DNA from: the human T2T-CHM13v2.0 reference genome, Homo sapiens | DNA length: 64,000 bases | Assembly: GCF_009914755.1 (NCBI RefSeq) | Contig: NC_060934.1 | Strand: one strand, 5' to 3' | Notes under the pieces: generated by a model | Seen by the model: only the letters and a program-made list of their open reading frames with translations | Database searches by the model: none | Told to the model about the DNA's origin: nothing | Part shown: positions 41,596 through 59,770 of the stretch, piece by piece | Layout: the number at the start of each line of letters is the position of its first letter | Numbering within the stretch: position 1 is the first letter of the stretch | Made by a program: the position numbers and the translations under genes

Positions 41596-43375
41596 ACTAC
41601 CCCAAACAGAGCCACTTTCTCCAGTTTGTCAAAGGCTCAAACCCGTGTGCGGATGAAAAGAGCAAAGGCTCTAGAAAGTGCTAGGAGTGGCCATAATTTT
41701 AGACTGAATTCATCTATACAGAGAGGGCCCCTCATCTTCTTTCCCTGGACAGTAACTACCAGAGGAAATGCAAATTCATGTTTGGACTATTTTTCAAATT
41801 ATGACAGTCTGATAGGTCCTCTCAGCTCTGGTAATGCAATATACGGAGATCACGATTATTACTTTAGAGCAGGCATATCTTCAACTGTAAGCTGGTTCCA
41901 TTGTCAAACCTTAACAAATCTTGATGGTAACACTGCTGAACTCTCTGTGTAAATTTAATATGCAGAAATTATCCTTTTAGAGCCACTCAACAATAGCAGC
42001 AACAAGAAAGAAAAAAAAAACCATGAATCTGTGTGTGTTTATTTGAGTTCTTAGAGCACAGCCATCTCTCGGCCTGTCAGGAGGTAAGCACAGTGGAAAT
42101 ACATTCCCCACAAGCTTAGGGACTCATCCAAGAAAGCCATTTCTTTCTTATTTGTAAATTCTGGGGCAGGTTTTCTGCAACCTTCATCTGAGCAATATGT
42201 TAAAAGTCTAAAAATTGCTGTTCTCAAAGTACCTTTTGGAAGACATACATGGCTCTAAAACTGGGAAACTTCATTCTATATGATTATTTGCAAAGGGAGA
42301 TATTTTAGAAGTGATGTCAGGGGAAAAGTAGAATTATTCCTCCTGGATTGGCCTTGGCTCTCGGTAGTGGTTCACTAGTGACGATTAGACATGCTCTGTT
42401 GACCGTGCACCAGGCGGGCACAGGTTTATGCTGTTTCTCCAGGACAGAGAGAGATTTACATTCATCCATCAGGAGGCAAGAACTCTTCTGAGTTGCAGCT
42501 CTCTTTCCCTAGCTGTAGCCTGAGTCAGAGCACACCCAGGCTGCAGGTTCCAAAGCTCCATTTGGTGCCAGTGACTTCTTAACAGCACCTAAAGGCCCTG
42601 GGTGCCCATTCCAGAAAGGATCATAAACAAAATCTGGGAGAAAAGTGACTTTCTTCAGAAACACCCACACTTTTGTTTTTTGATCCCTGATACAGGGACA
42701 CAATGGCCTGGAGTGCTAAGATTCCACTAGCATCTGTGAATATAAAGATAGACAGAGACGGTTTGTGGCCACAGGTATCTTGCAGTCTAGGGAATAGACA
42801 GACAGATGGTGAACAAGGACAGTACAGAGTGATGAGTAGTCAGTGGTGACGCATGCCTTAGCTCAGAAAGAATGTAGGAGAAGGATCCTTTCTCTGAGGA
42901 ACCAGAGCAGGCTTCACAGAGAAATTAGACTTTGAGTTGAAGTGTGAAGAATGAGGGATTTTTTTGGAGGGGGAGGGGAACAGGCAGACAGCTAGTGGGA
43001 AGTTGCTCCAAACAGAAGGGTCAGGCTTGGCAAAGGTTTGGAGACGTGGAGCCGCATATAACCCGCTGGCTGTGTATTCTCCATTGTCACTGTAAGGTGG
43101 AGACCAGTAAAGACAATGGCTGAGCAGGTCTGGAGCTGAGTCGGAGTTAAGGTTTAATCCAGCTTGCGAGGAGAGAGCCTTTGAAAAATTGTGATCAAGA
43201 GAAGAGCGTAGAATTAATAGTTATCTCAGCGTTATTATTACTATTTACATCTAGTGTGTGCTAAACACTGTACTCAGGGATTCCGTTGAATCTTAAAATA
43301 ACTATGAAATAAACATTGGTCTCTTCATTCTACACATGAGGAAATAATTTCAGAAAAGGGAAGCAGCTGGCCTAG

Positions 43376-43556
43376 GATCACACAGTAGGAAGTAGCCAGC
43401 TCCTGACTGAGACTGAGGTGGGTCTGACTCCTGGAGGCTGAGCTCAGAAACTCTTTGGAAGTTTGGATTATAGATGGAGGGGGAGAGGCTGCAGGAACTG
43501 CTCCAGAGGGGGATATGGTAGAACTGAAGATGCCTGAATATAGCATTTTTCAATAA
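43376..43556 (+). repeat. Donor (part 1) of the inverted insert at 45101-45384; partly MIR
   Basis: Aligns to the reverse complement of 45186-45384 at roughly 85%. Confidence 0.9.
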
Positions 43557-43565
43557 AAAGTACAT

Positions 43566-44415
43566 GTGTCTGTGTTCCTATTTTGTTTGAGTTTTGGTCT
43601 TTAATTGCCTCTTTAGGATCAAAACAATTCTGTAGATGAAATCTACCCATGATTACATTGGATATTTGCTATAGCAATGTTCCAGCAACCCTGGAACAAA
43701 CTCAAAATTTAGATTCATATTCATTTCAAACTCTGCCAATTTGGAATTTTCTTTCTTTCTGCCTAGACGCTGATGAGCGGCATCTAAACTTCTCCATAGC
43801 CAACTCCGATACCAGAGCCTTGAAAATATGGATCAATCTTCATTCTAGGCTTTATAAGGTGGCCCCTTATAAATAAATTTAACCCAGAGAGAGCTACTTG
43901 CTGCCAAAATTATAATTTAGTAGTGAAAAGGGGATTCAAAAGGCCTGGGGCTTTTGCAGTCCTGTATCTGCAAGCAAATTTGAAACTCTTTGAGCTTGTT
44001 TTTTTTTTTTTTTTTTACCTTCAAAATGGAGATGAGGGCCCTTGTGAAGGTCAGGTAAAGTCACATTCATGGACATATTTCTTGGTCTTCTACAGCTGTG
44101 CCAGGTCACCTAATTCTTATACATTATCAGTGCCTTGCTTTGTCCACTTCCACAGAGAAGGGAAGATTCCCAGATGGCCTGCCCTCATTTATCCATGGAG
44201 TGAGTAGCCCATAGCCTACATCACAGATGTGAATTTATAGCCTCTGCAAAGACAATGGAAACTGGCAACCAAATGCCTAATTGAAAAAAACAAGACAAAA
44301 ACCCAAACAATAGCCCATGAAGTAAAAGAACAGGGTAAACAGCAGTCAGGAAGGAAAAAGGAATGAATTTGAGGTTATTAGACTGGCTGTTTTTCCCAGA
44401 TCACAGAAAACAATT
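43566..44415 (+). repeat. ~850-bp direct duplication, copy 1 (partner 55026-56202)
   Basis: Colinear alignment from gtgtctgtgttcctattt to atcacagaaaacaatt; offset 11460 at the 5' end. Confidence 0.96.
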
Positions 44416-44948
44416 ATGCCATGTTAAACTATGCAGAAATTACATCTATACTGCTCATTTATTCATTCATTTATTCATCTAACCATCTAATCTACCATAT
44501 GCCAGGCACTGTGCTAGTGCTGGAGACTCAGTATGAAGAATAATCTAATGGAGGATTCAATTGTTGATCCAGTAATTACACAAATAAGGTTTATATAAGT
44601 AACCATGAATTGTACTGTCATGTCAAGTTTTTCTGAGCTTTAAGTGCATGCGAGGAAAGTGGGAGGAATTCAATCTAGACCAGGAGGACTGAGAAAGATC
44701 TAAAGAGTGGGAAGTAGCTGAAAGGTGGCTTGGTCAGGTGGAGAGAGAAGGATGTTCCTTGCAGGTGGAACCATGTGTGCCAGTGCCCTGTGATGAGAGG
44801 GCTAACAGTAATTGAGAAACGTAAAGAAAGCTTGAATGCAAGGACAGAGATAGGGAAGACTGGGATGGGAGAGGAGTCTGGAAGGCAGGTGGGGGTTATT
44901 CTATGAGGGTCTTGTAACCATGTAAGAATCTGGGTCTTTGGATTAAAG

Positions 44949-45403
44949 CATTATTCTCAACCTAGGTGCACATTGGTGTCACCTCGCAAGCTTTAAAAAT
45001 CCTGAGTCCTGGGCCCTGCCCCCAGAGATTCTGATTTTAATTGGTGTGGGAGCTGCCTGGGTATCAGGATTTTAAAAGATGCTCAGGTGATTCCAATGTA
45101 AAGATGGATGGATAAATGAATGAGTGAATGAATCAGTGAATGAGTAGCATGGATGTAATTTCTGCATAGTTTAACATGGCATAATATTTTTGAAAAATGC
45201 TGTTTGTGAATCTTCAGTTCTAATTCAGTTCTGCCATACCCTCTATGAGGCAGTACCTGCAGTTCTCTAGCCTCTCCCGCTCCATCTATAACCCAAACTG
45301 CCAAAGGGTTTATGAGCTCAGCCTCTGGGAGTCAGACCCACCTGGGTCTCAGTCAGGAATTGGCTACTCCCTAGCTGTGTGATCAATGGCTTGAGAGCCA
45401 CTG
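44949..45403 (+). mobile_element. MER5B-like hAT fossil split by a ~280-bp inverted templated insert
   Basis: cattattctcaa start and ttgagagccactg end; 8-bp TSD gattaaag/gattaaaa; foreign sequence at 45101-45384. Confidence 0.8.
45101..45384 (-). repeat. Inverted copy of 43376-43556 joined to 44413-44487
   Basis: The reverse complement reads ...gaactgaagattcacaaacagcatttttcaaaaat|attatgccatgttaaactatgcagaaattacatc.... Confidence 0.9.
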
Positions 45404-45796
45404 GATTAAAACGTTTTACATGCATATATATCAACTGATTTCCACTTTGAAAGATCAGTCTGGCTGTGGTGTGGAGAATGGATAGACAGGGCAGGGTAGA
45501 TGGGACGGGACTCTAGTGAGCAGAGTAGTGCAGTGTCCTCAGCCCCTGGTTTACCAGGCTCTGCAAGGGCGTTTCATTGTCTATCATGGCAGCCATCAGT
45601 TTGTCTAGAACTGTTAGACACTCCAAAGAGGTAATTTTGCTTTTTTTTTTTCTTTTTCTCCTTTTATTTTAAAAATAAGCCCAATCTGGTTTCTTAAAAC
45701 GGAAACAAATTGGTCTAATTTCTGCTCCTTGGGACAAGGCAGAATGAGTTTTCTCCCTTTTCTACATGGCAGCCTATCAATAATGGAAGATGATGA

Positions 45797-46115
<319 letters not shown>

Positions 46116-48175
46116 AAGATACCTTTCTTTAATACTAGATGCGTGGACTTATAAACTATTTCTTATGCCATGAATTCTAGATCTCTCTGCTGAGTATATC
46201 CTAATTTGTCATTAACATGTCCTCTTAAAAATCTGTTACTTTTTTGCTAAATATGGCTTCTCTATTTTCTTTTATTAAGTCATTTTGATTATTACAGAAA
46301 ATGCTAACAGAAAATACTGTGCCAAAAGCAAAGCTTTGATTTATAAAAAGTGTCCATTTGTCTTCTAAAACAAATGATATTTAAATGACATATAAAAAAG
46401 CACTTAAAGTTTTACTCTCGGGCTTGGAAACAGTTGAAGTCAGCATTTGAAATTCAAACTTTCTTATTTGTTCTGTTGGTTTAATGGATATAACTTCTTT
46501 TTAGGAAAAAAGTAGAAGCTACAGAGGACTTTCCCTTTTATGTTTCTCAAAAATTTTAAATTTTTCCATTGAAGAATTTGAGAATTTGACTTAGCACATA
46601 AACAATCTTTCTTCTGTCTCTAAGTGTTGAAAAGTAAGATGAATCAGCATCACTACCATTTATTAAGTGGTTTCTACAGCTGGTATGGAGCTCATCAGTT
46701 TGCATGTTGGGCATCTCATTTAATCCACATCACAATTCAAGAGAGAGGTATGATCGTTATCTCTGTTCTGTAGATGAAGGATGAGGAGTTAAGAGCTGGT
46801 CCAAATCATACCAGTAGCACCCCTGATTTCTGCCTCTACAGCACAGCATGGCACCCTTTTGACTCCCACATTCAAAAGCAAGTTTATGCCTTGACTAAAG
46901 AGTAACGGCCGGGGGAGGGGCCAAGAATGGCTGACTAGAAACAGCTGTGGTCAGAGGCTCCCACTAAGAAGAATGAAAATAGTGAGTGAATCCTGCACCA
47001 GCAACTGAGGTATCCAGGTTCTCTCATTTGGACTAACTAGGCAGTTGGTGCAACCCAAGAAAAGCAAGGAAAATCAGGGTGGTGATGGCCCACCTGGGAG
47101 CCACAGGGAGCAAGGGGAGCTCCCATCCCCCAGCCAAGGGAGGCAGTGTGTGATTGTGCTACCCTGCCTGGGAAACCATGCTTTTCCCACAGATCTGTGC
47201 AACCCGTGGGTCAGGAGAACCCCCTCATGAGCCCATGCCACCAGGGCCTTGGGTCCCAAGCACAGGCCTATGCAGATTCTCAGCAGCCACTTGGCTGGAG
47301 ACTGCTTAAGACTACCCAGTTCTTATCCAGTGATGGAGGGTCAACCTCCATCACTGAGGTTGCCTGCTGCCTAAGACAACCAAGCTCCCAGGGAGAGGGG
47401 CAGCAGCCATCACTGCAACTGCAATCTGCCATTTTTTCCCTGCTGGTGCCAGGGAGATTGGATGGTTTGGACCCAGGAGGAATTCCCCACAGCGCAGCAC
47501 AGTGGCTGTGGCAGATGGTGGCCAAACTGCCTCTTTAGTCCAGAGCCTGACCAATCCCACCTCACTGGGTGGGGCCTCCCTGCAGGAATTTCAGCAACTC
47601 CAGCCAGGGATTTAGGGACAGAACTTTGATCTCCCTGGGACTGAGCCCCTGGAGGGAGGGGTGGATTCAGTCTCCATAGATAGCAGACTTAGTTTTTCCT
47701 CCTGCGGGCTCTGAGGAATCTCAGCAGTCTGGATGAGTGGGATTCCCTCTAGTACAACACACTCCCTCCACCAAGGGGAAGCCAGAGTGCTCCATTAAGT
47801 GGGTCCTGGATCCCATGCCCCCTGACTGGGTGAGACCCCCCAATAGGGGTTGCCAGGCACCTTATACAGGAGCATTCCTGCTGGCATCAGGTTGGTGCCC
47901 CTCTGGGACAGAGATCCCAGAGGAAGGAGCAAGCAGTGATCTTTGCTGTTCTTTAGCCTCTACTGGTGACACTTCCAGGTGCAGGAGGGACTCAGGAAAC
48001 TAGGGTCTGGAATGGACCCACAGCCAACCACAGCAGCCCTATGGAAGAAGGGCCTGACTGTTAAAAGAAAAACAAACAGAAAGCAACAACAACAGCATCA
48101 ACAAAAATGTCCCCACAAAAATCCCATCCAAAGGTCAGCAGCCTCAAAGATTGAAGCTACATAAACTCATGAAGA

Positions 48176-49200
48176 TGAGAAAGAATCAACAACAAAAACA
48201 CTGAAAACTCAAAAAGCCAGAGTGCCTCTTCTCCTCTAGATAGTTGCAACACCTCTCCAGCAAGGACACAAAACTGGGTGGAGGCTGAGATGGATGAATT
48301 GACAGAAGTAGGCTTCAGAAGGTGAGTAACAATGACCTTCACTGAGCTAAAGGAGCAGGTTCTAACCCAATGCAAAGAAGCTAAGAACTGCTATAGAGCA
48401 ATACAGGAGCTGTTTACCAATATAGCCAGTTTAGAGAGAAACATAAATTATCTGATGGAGCTGAAAAACACAACCCAAGAACTTTACAATGCAATCACAA
48501 TTATCAATAACCAAATAGACCAAGCAGAGAAAGAATTTCAGAGCTTGAAGTTTATTTTGCTGAAATAAGACAGGCAGACAAGGTTAGAGAAAAAATAATG
48601 AAAAGGAATGAACAAAACCTCCAAGAACTATGGGATTATGTAAAAAGACTGAACTTATGACTGATTGGGGTAACCGAAAGAGATGGGGAGAATGAAACCA
48701 AGCTGGAAAACATACTTCAGGATGTCATCCAGGAGAACTTCCCCAACCTAACAAGACAGGCCAACATTCAAATTCAGGAAATCCAGAGAACCCCAGTAAG
48801 ATACTCCATGAGAAGATCAACCCCAAGACACATAATCATCAGATTCTCCAAGGTCAAAAAGAGGAAAAAATGTTAAGGGCGGCCAGTCAGCAAGAAAGGC
48901 CGGATCACCTACAAAGCAAAGTCCATGAGACTAACAGCAGACCTCTCAATAGAAACCCTACAAGCCAGAAAAGACTGGGGGCCAATATTCAACATTCATA
49001 AAGAAAAGAGTTTCCAACCCAGAATTTCATATCCAGCCAAACTAAGCTTCATAAGTGAAGGAGAAGTAAAATCCTTTTCAACAGGCAAATGCTGAGGGAA
49101 TTTGTCACCACCGGGCCTGCTTTTCAAGAGCTCCTGAAGGAAGCACTAAATATGGAAAGGAAAAACCAATACCAGCCACTGCAAAAACACACTGAAGTAC
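48176..49200 (+). pseudogene. L1 ORF1p remnant (stops/frameshifts)
   Basis: Fragment MTFTELKEQVLTQCKEAKN...LMELKNTTQEL from the ORF track; no continuous frame. Confidence 0.85.
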
Positions 49201-49265
49201 AAAGACCAATGACAGTATGAAATGGCTACATCAACAAATCTGCAAAATAACCAGATAGCATAATA

Positions 49266-53040
<3,775 letters not shown>

Positions 53041-53649
53041 GGGCATGTCATGGGGACATTGGGAGAAAGCATCAGGATAAAAAGCTAATGCATGTGGGGC
53101 TTAATACCTAGGTGATGGGTTGATAGGTCCAGCAAACTGCCAAGGCACACATTTACGTATGTGACAAACCTGCATGTCCTGCATGTGTATCCTGAAACTT
53201 AAAATTAAATTAAATTAAATTTCAAAAAAAGAGTAAGGGCTAGCTTGCATCCATATTCTTTCTAGGAACTTTTCTCAATGCTCCAGCCTGAGTGACCATG
53301 CCCTTCTCTAGATTTCATAACACCTGTCTATATTAGAGGAGGCAATTATGATGGGCCTACGATTTCCAACATTACTCGTAGTTATTAACCACTAAATTAT
53401 TATTTAACTTCTTATCTCTGTGTGGATTTTTTGTCTCTCCACATAGACTCTAAGTTTCTTGGGGAAGGATTGTCTATTACGAGTCTTTGCTTTCCCATAG
53501 TGCCTAGCATATTGCTTTGTCCATATGCAAGGCAACCAATTTACTTGAGTTAATGAATAAATAAACTAATAAAGACCCACCAGTTATTTTGGAAAATGCA
53601 AGGTATAAATATCTTTTAAAACCCTGAAAAGCTCAGAGCAAGGAGGAGA

Positions 53650-53880
53650 AGGGCCTAAGTGCATAGGCACAGGAGATGCACACTTCTGGGCTCATGTTCC
53701 AGCTCTGCCACTGGCCAGCTCTGTGACCTCAGGCAATGTCAGTCACCTCATCTGTAAAATATGGATAATAACTTAATACCCAGACTAGAGGATTGTCGTG
53801 AGTGTCAAATGAGATGATATGTGTAAATCCTTTAACCTAATTCGTGGCCTATTTGCATAAATCGTAGCTATTATAGTCAG
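53650..53880 (+). mobile_element. MIR
   Basis: ccagctctgccactggccagctctgtgacctcaggcaa...cctcatctgtaaaat. Confidence 0.75.
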
Positions 53881-54166
53881 ACTAGCTCTTATTATTGAAT
53901 CATGCTTTATTATGTATCAAGAGCCTTTCTGTACATTGTCTTGTGTAATTATTGACAGATGTTTACTGAACACTATGATGTGGTGGGTACACAGTAGCAA
54001 ATACATAGGCATAGTCCCTGACCCCATAGAGCCTTTGTCACATAAACAGTGAAATACATAAGACAGCTATATTTCTCCCCATTCTACCAATGAGAAAGAA
54101 GGACTGAGGAGCATGACTCAGGCTTGCCATTTGGTGACCTGATATTCAAGCTGTGCTGTTTCTGCC

Positions 54167-54517
54167 TGCTATGGTTCGAATGTGTCCCCTAAAAGTTAAT
54201 GTGTTGGAAACAGTCTGCAATGCAACAGCTTTGGGAGGCCTAATGCAAGGTGTCATTATTGCGAGAGTAAGTTAGTCATCACGAGAGTGCGTTGTTATGA
54301 AGCAAGTGTGACCCCTAATGTCTCTCTCTTTTGCATGTGCTCTCTTGCCCTCCCACCCTTCCACCATGGGATGATGAGCAAGAAGGCCCTCCACAGATGC
54401 AGCTGCTCAGTCTTGGACTGTCCAGCCTCCAGAACCATGAGCTAAATAAACCTCTATTCTTTATAGATTACTCAGTTCATGGTATTCTGTTATAGCAACA
54501 GAAAACAGACTAGGATA
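54167..54517 (+). mobile_element. MST-family MaLR solo LTR
   Basis: tgctatggttcgaatgtgtcccc...tattctgttatagcaacagaaaacagactaggata; perfect 5-bp TSD ctgcc. Confidence 0.9.
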
Positions 54518-54547
54518 CTGCCTCACAAGACGTTCTTGCCATGACAA

Positions 54548-54679
54548 CCAGGTGGATTGTGAGAGGAATATTCTGTGAGCAGGGCTGTTTCCAAACCAGG
54601 GAGATGGTGTTCATTTTAAATATGTTCATGTGTATGGATGTTAATTTAGCTATAGCTATTAGCTTTGATTTGTTTGATG
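54548..54679 (+). repeat. Older direct duplication, copy A (partner ~57014-57146)
   Basis: Shared blocks gtggatt, tttccaaaccaggga, catttta, atgttcat, gatgttaat, attagctttga and ttgtttgatg in the same order and spacing. Confidence 0.8.
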
Positions 54680-55025
54680 TTAAATAAACCTGAACAGACA
54701 TGATACAGTATAAAATTAAGTACTGTTTGATTCCTCAGTATATTTGCTATTAATGAGTAATTATGAATATAATTCATAAGGACTGCAAATGTATAATTTG
54801 TATGTACATGTGTATGTCAGGATTGGTAGAAAATGTGAAATATTAAATTACACTGCTTAAGATAGCCTACTACAAGCCTACTTATGAGGTCATTTAGTGT
54901 TAATTGCCTTTAAGAAGAATCTCACTACCAACTTCATCTCCCCATCACCATCTGCCCATAAGATATGCCAAGTATCTATTTGAATCCTTTCTTTTTAAAA
55001 TTCTTATTTTAATAATGAATCAAAG

Positions 55026-56202
<1,177 letters not shown>

Positions 56203-57013
56203 GGGAAAGACCCTGAGAATCGAAATACCCTCCTCCTTCCCAACTCTCTCCTGTGTGTGGTGAGATTTATGGATTTAAAGGCTGTGTAATAGAACATACA
56301 CGGTCAAGTCTTCATGGGCAAACCGTGGCTTCACTTCATGACAGCAGTAGGGTTGGCAGTGAAGTGAAAACATCAGCAAAACATTTCCCTTAAAATCTAT
56401 TCATGGGGACACTAACAGGGCCATTCCACATAGCACATTCTTCTATGTGTGGGGCAAAGGCCACAGATTGTGAGGCCACAGCGTGAGCATGGCTGAGACC
56501 CTGGCAAGAAAGAGTGTGCACAGGTCAGAGGATTCAGGCATCCTTGATCATCAAAGACCAATGACGTTTGTCTGGGGTTAACCCAGAGTGAGGCTAGCAC
56601 TGGCCATGTGGAGCATCCTGAGCCGTTTTGTGGCTCTCAGGCTGTGGCCTAGTTTGTTATATGTCTCAAAATAAGCACCTTGACCTCTTCTCCCTGTGGT
56701 GTTTTATTTTGATATGGTAGTTTAACAGTTATTAATATGAAAGTATAATATATGGAGGAAAATTTTAAAACTATAGAAAAGTAAAAAGAAAAATTATTTG
56801 CATTACATTATAAGCCTTTCAGCATTTTGTTCTCTTTTCTATTTAGCCTTTAAAATATGCAGAGATTTTAAAATAAAACTGGACTCAGTTTGCATTTTTG
56901 GTTTTCTGTTTTGATTTTTTACTTATCATTATGTCATGGACATTTTTCTAAGTCATTAAACATTTTTAAGAAATAACATTTTTAATGTATCATAGGCTGT
57001 CTCATGGTGGCTG

Positions 57014-57146
57014 CCAGTGTGGATTATGAAAGCATTGTTCTTAGGACAAGACTATTTCCAAACCAGGGAAACGATGTCCATTTTACGCATGTTCATACGC
57101 ACAGATGTTAATGAAACTGTGGCCATTAGCTTTGACTTGTTTGATG
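57014..57146 (+). repeat. Older direct duplication, copy B
   Basis: Roughly 75% identical to 54548-54679. Confidence 0.8.
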
Positions 57147-57153
57147 CATAGTA

Positions 57154-57369
57154 TGAGTCGGATATCCCTTACCTGAAATGCTTATGAACAGAAGTATTTG
57201 AAATTTTGGATTTTTTTTTTTTTGGAATATTTGCATTATATTTACTGGGTCAACATCCCTAACTGAAAAATCCAAAACGGCCTCTGGAGCATTACGTCAG
57301 TGCTCAAAAAGTTTCAGATTTTTAAGCATGTCAAAATTTTGAATTTTCAGATTTGGGATGCTCAGCCTA
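57154..57369 (+). mobile_element. Tigger4a (MER46A) TcMar fossil
   Basis: tatcccttacctgaaatgctt...ttttggaatatttgcattata...gctcaaaaagtttcagatttt...gggatgctcagcct; TA flanks. Confidence 0.8.
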
Positions 57370-57952
57370 TAGTCCATTGCATAACTATACTGTATTTTTA
57401 TTAATCATTTCTCTCTATCATTAGTTGCTTAGATTCCTTCCTCTGTTTCTGTACAAATAAACACTGCTATGTTTTATTTAATATTATAAATAAAAATGAA
57501 ACAGATTAGTTATTGTTATTTCTAACAGTGGCATATATTTTAAATATGAAAAGTAGTAACAGTGTGACTTGATGCAAAAATAAGCCAACAGAGTAAGGAA
57601 ACAGAAAAGACAGCCAAGGAAAAGATCCTAATATATACCATGTATTGAATGATAAAAAAAAAAAATGTATCACATCAAGGTTAAGAGTTAAAGCCAGTAA
57701 AAGTTTTAAAAAATCACAAATCAGTGGGGGAGTGATTATTGAACAAACAGTGCTGGGAAAGCCTAACCTCATACTATATCAGCAGAATAAATTCTACATG
57801 GAATAATGAATTAGATCTTAAAATTGAAATCATGAAAATACTGGAATAGAACCTTAATGACTAATTGTTCTTAGAGTTTAAAAAGACTATTAAAGCAATG
57901 AAAGAAATGAGGGAAAAGTGATACATTTGCCTCCATAAAAATATGTAACTTA

Positions 57953-58252
57953 GGCCAGGCGCAGTGGCTCACGCCTATAGTCCTAGCACTTTGGGAGGCC
58001 GAGTGGGAGGATCACCTGAGGTCAGGAGTTCAAGACCAGCCTGTCCAACATGGTGAAACCCCATCTCTACTAAAAACACAGAAATAAGCTGGATCTGGTG
58101 GCATGTGCCTGCAATCCCAGCTACCTGGTAGGCTGAGGCAATAGAATCACTGGAACTCGAAAGGCAGAGGCTGCAGTGAGCCGAGATCGCACCACTGCAC
58201 TTCAGCCTAGGTGACAGAGCGAGACTCTGTCTCAAAAACAAACAAAAAAAAA
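57953..58252 (+). mobile_element. AluS
   Basis: Full dimer with A-rich tail; sits within an old L1 ORF2 fragment (~57520-57950). Confidence 0.92.
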
Positions 58253-58429
58253 GTAAATTAAAAGAAACAAATGCGTATATATTTTTTGCTTCTGTATGTA
58301 TGGTGGATGAGCAGTAGATAAAACAAATTCACTCTTCTAAAGGAGCTCACATTCGAATGGAGGAAGGTAGGCAAAAATAAATATATTCAGAAAAATAAAA
58401 TAGGGTACTGGAGGAGAGAATGAGCATGC

Positions 58430-59770
58430 TTATTTTCCTTTCTCAGCTGTAATCATCTGACAGGTATACATCCTGACTTTAATTGTCTTTGTAGCTACCA
58501 TCAAGTTTTTTCAGACTTTCTTTAAGTTATGGTCCTGTAATGATCAAAGGCAAAAATGAAGCACTACCTTTTGTTTCCTTTTTGCTACACTTATTCCTTC
58601 TCTCTATTGTCCTCTGTTAATATAAGTTGTGATTGTGTACATAGATACCATTATAAAATTATTGTTTTATCTTTCCTTCCAGTAAATATATTTGAAAATT
58701 TTATTTTTGTAATCAGATTTTCTTTTGAATTTAACTTTTAAGCTAATTTTAGGATTTACTATAGACACATTTATACCAGGATTTTCCCATTTTAAGTACT
58801 TAGCTTTTATTCTTATCATGCTTAAAATTGATGTACATATTCAAGTGTTCTTTTTTCACCAAATAAGTAAAGATATATTTTTTTCTGAGTTCTTGTCTTT
58901 GTGGTAATGTCTTTCTTTTAGTTTTTCACATAACCAGCAACTTGGCCTTGGAAAATCCCTGGGAACCAGTCCTTTGTCCTTGTGTCTCCTTAGCTGTTAC
59001 TTCTTTGTGTTTTAGTCTTTAGCATTATAGAGGGAAAAAAACCATACCAGTTTTTAATCCCTTATAGATAATCTATTTTTCTTTTTGCTTTTATTTCTAA
59101 TTTGATTTGTTTTCTTGTTTTAAACACTTGTACAATTTTACATTTGTTCTTGCAATTCAATAAAGGGCCAGGGTATTTTTAGACATGAGTCTAATTTTAT
59201 TAACATTACCTGTTACATGGCAAATCTTCTGTATATAAGGATATATTGTCTTGCACCTCAGGAAAGTTTATTTCTTTTTATGTCTTTATTATTTTAGTTT
59301 TAGGTTTTTTTTCTTCCTTTGGAAAACCTGTAACACTTTAGTTCAGTCTTCTTCGTTATCTTCTGCATCTTGTATCTTTCCTTTTATTATTTTGGTGTCT
59401 TTGCCTTTTCCTATGCTTTCTGGAAGAGCAACTCACTTTCTTCCTGAATATCCTTGATTTAGTTTTTATGTAAATTTTGTTCTTTCTTGCCTCCAGTTCA
59501 GGTTTTAATTAGACCCTTCCATTTCCTTCTTAGTTTATCTGATTCCCTTGCCTCCTGCGCTTATCCTTCCCTGCGGCATTCTATTTCTGTTTCAAAAGGC
59601 CAAGTAATTTTATAAATCATTAAATATGTCTGATAAATTTCTAAAAAGGTGTTTTGATATCTGGAGTGAATCAGAGTGATGCATTTCCTTTGGGCTTTCA
59701 GAATGATTTTTCTTCTTACTCATTTTATAGCTTAAAAAAATTGTTGGGTCTTACTGCGTTTCTTAATTTT
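58430..59770 (-). mobile_element. Highly degraded HAL1/L1M ORF1-type fragment
   Basis: T-rich reverse-L1 composition with ORF1-like remnants near 58900-59300. Confidence 0.45.

Larger units (their letters stand above)
44450..45530 (-). mobile_element. L2 fragment interrupted by a MER5B-like element
   Basis: Reverse L2 tail (tcattcatttattcat...atgccaggcactgtgctag) and body that resumes at ~45412 (ttgaaagatcagtctggctgtggtgtggagaatgga). Confidence 0.7.
56720..57500 (-). mobile_element. L1ME-type 3' fragment, interrupted
   Basis: tttttacttatcattatgtcatggacattt...atttttaatg...[inserts]...gtccattg...ataaacactgctatg. Confidence 0.55.

Noticed and set aside
41968-42090. Possible exon bounded by ttttag and gag|gtaagc
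   Set aside because: Weak polypyrimidine tract and A-rich content; such pairs are common by chance.
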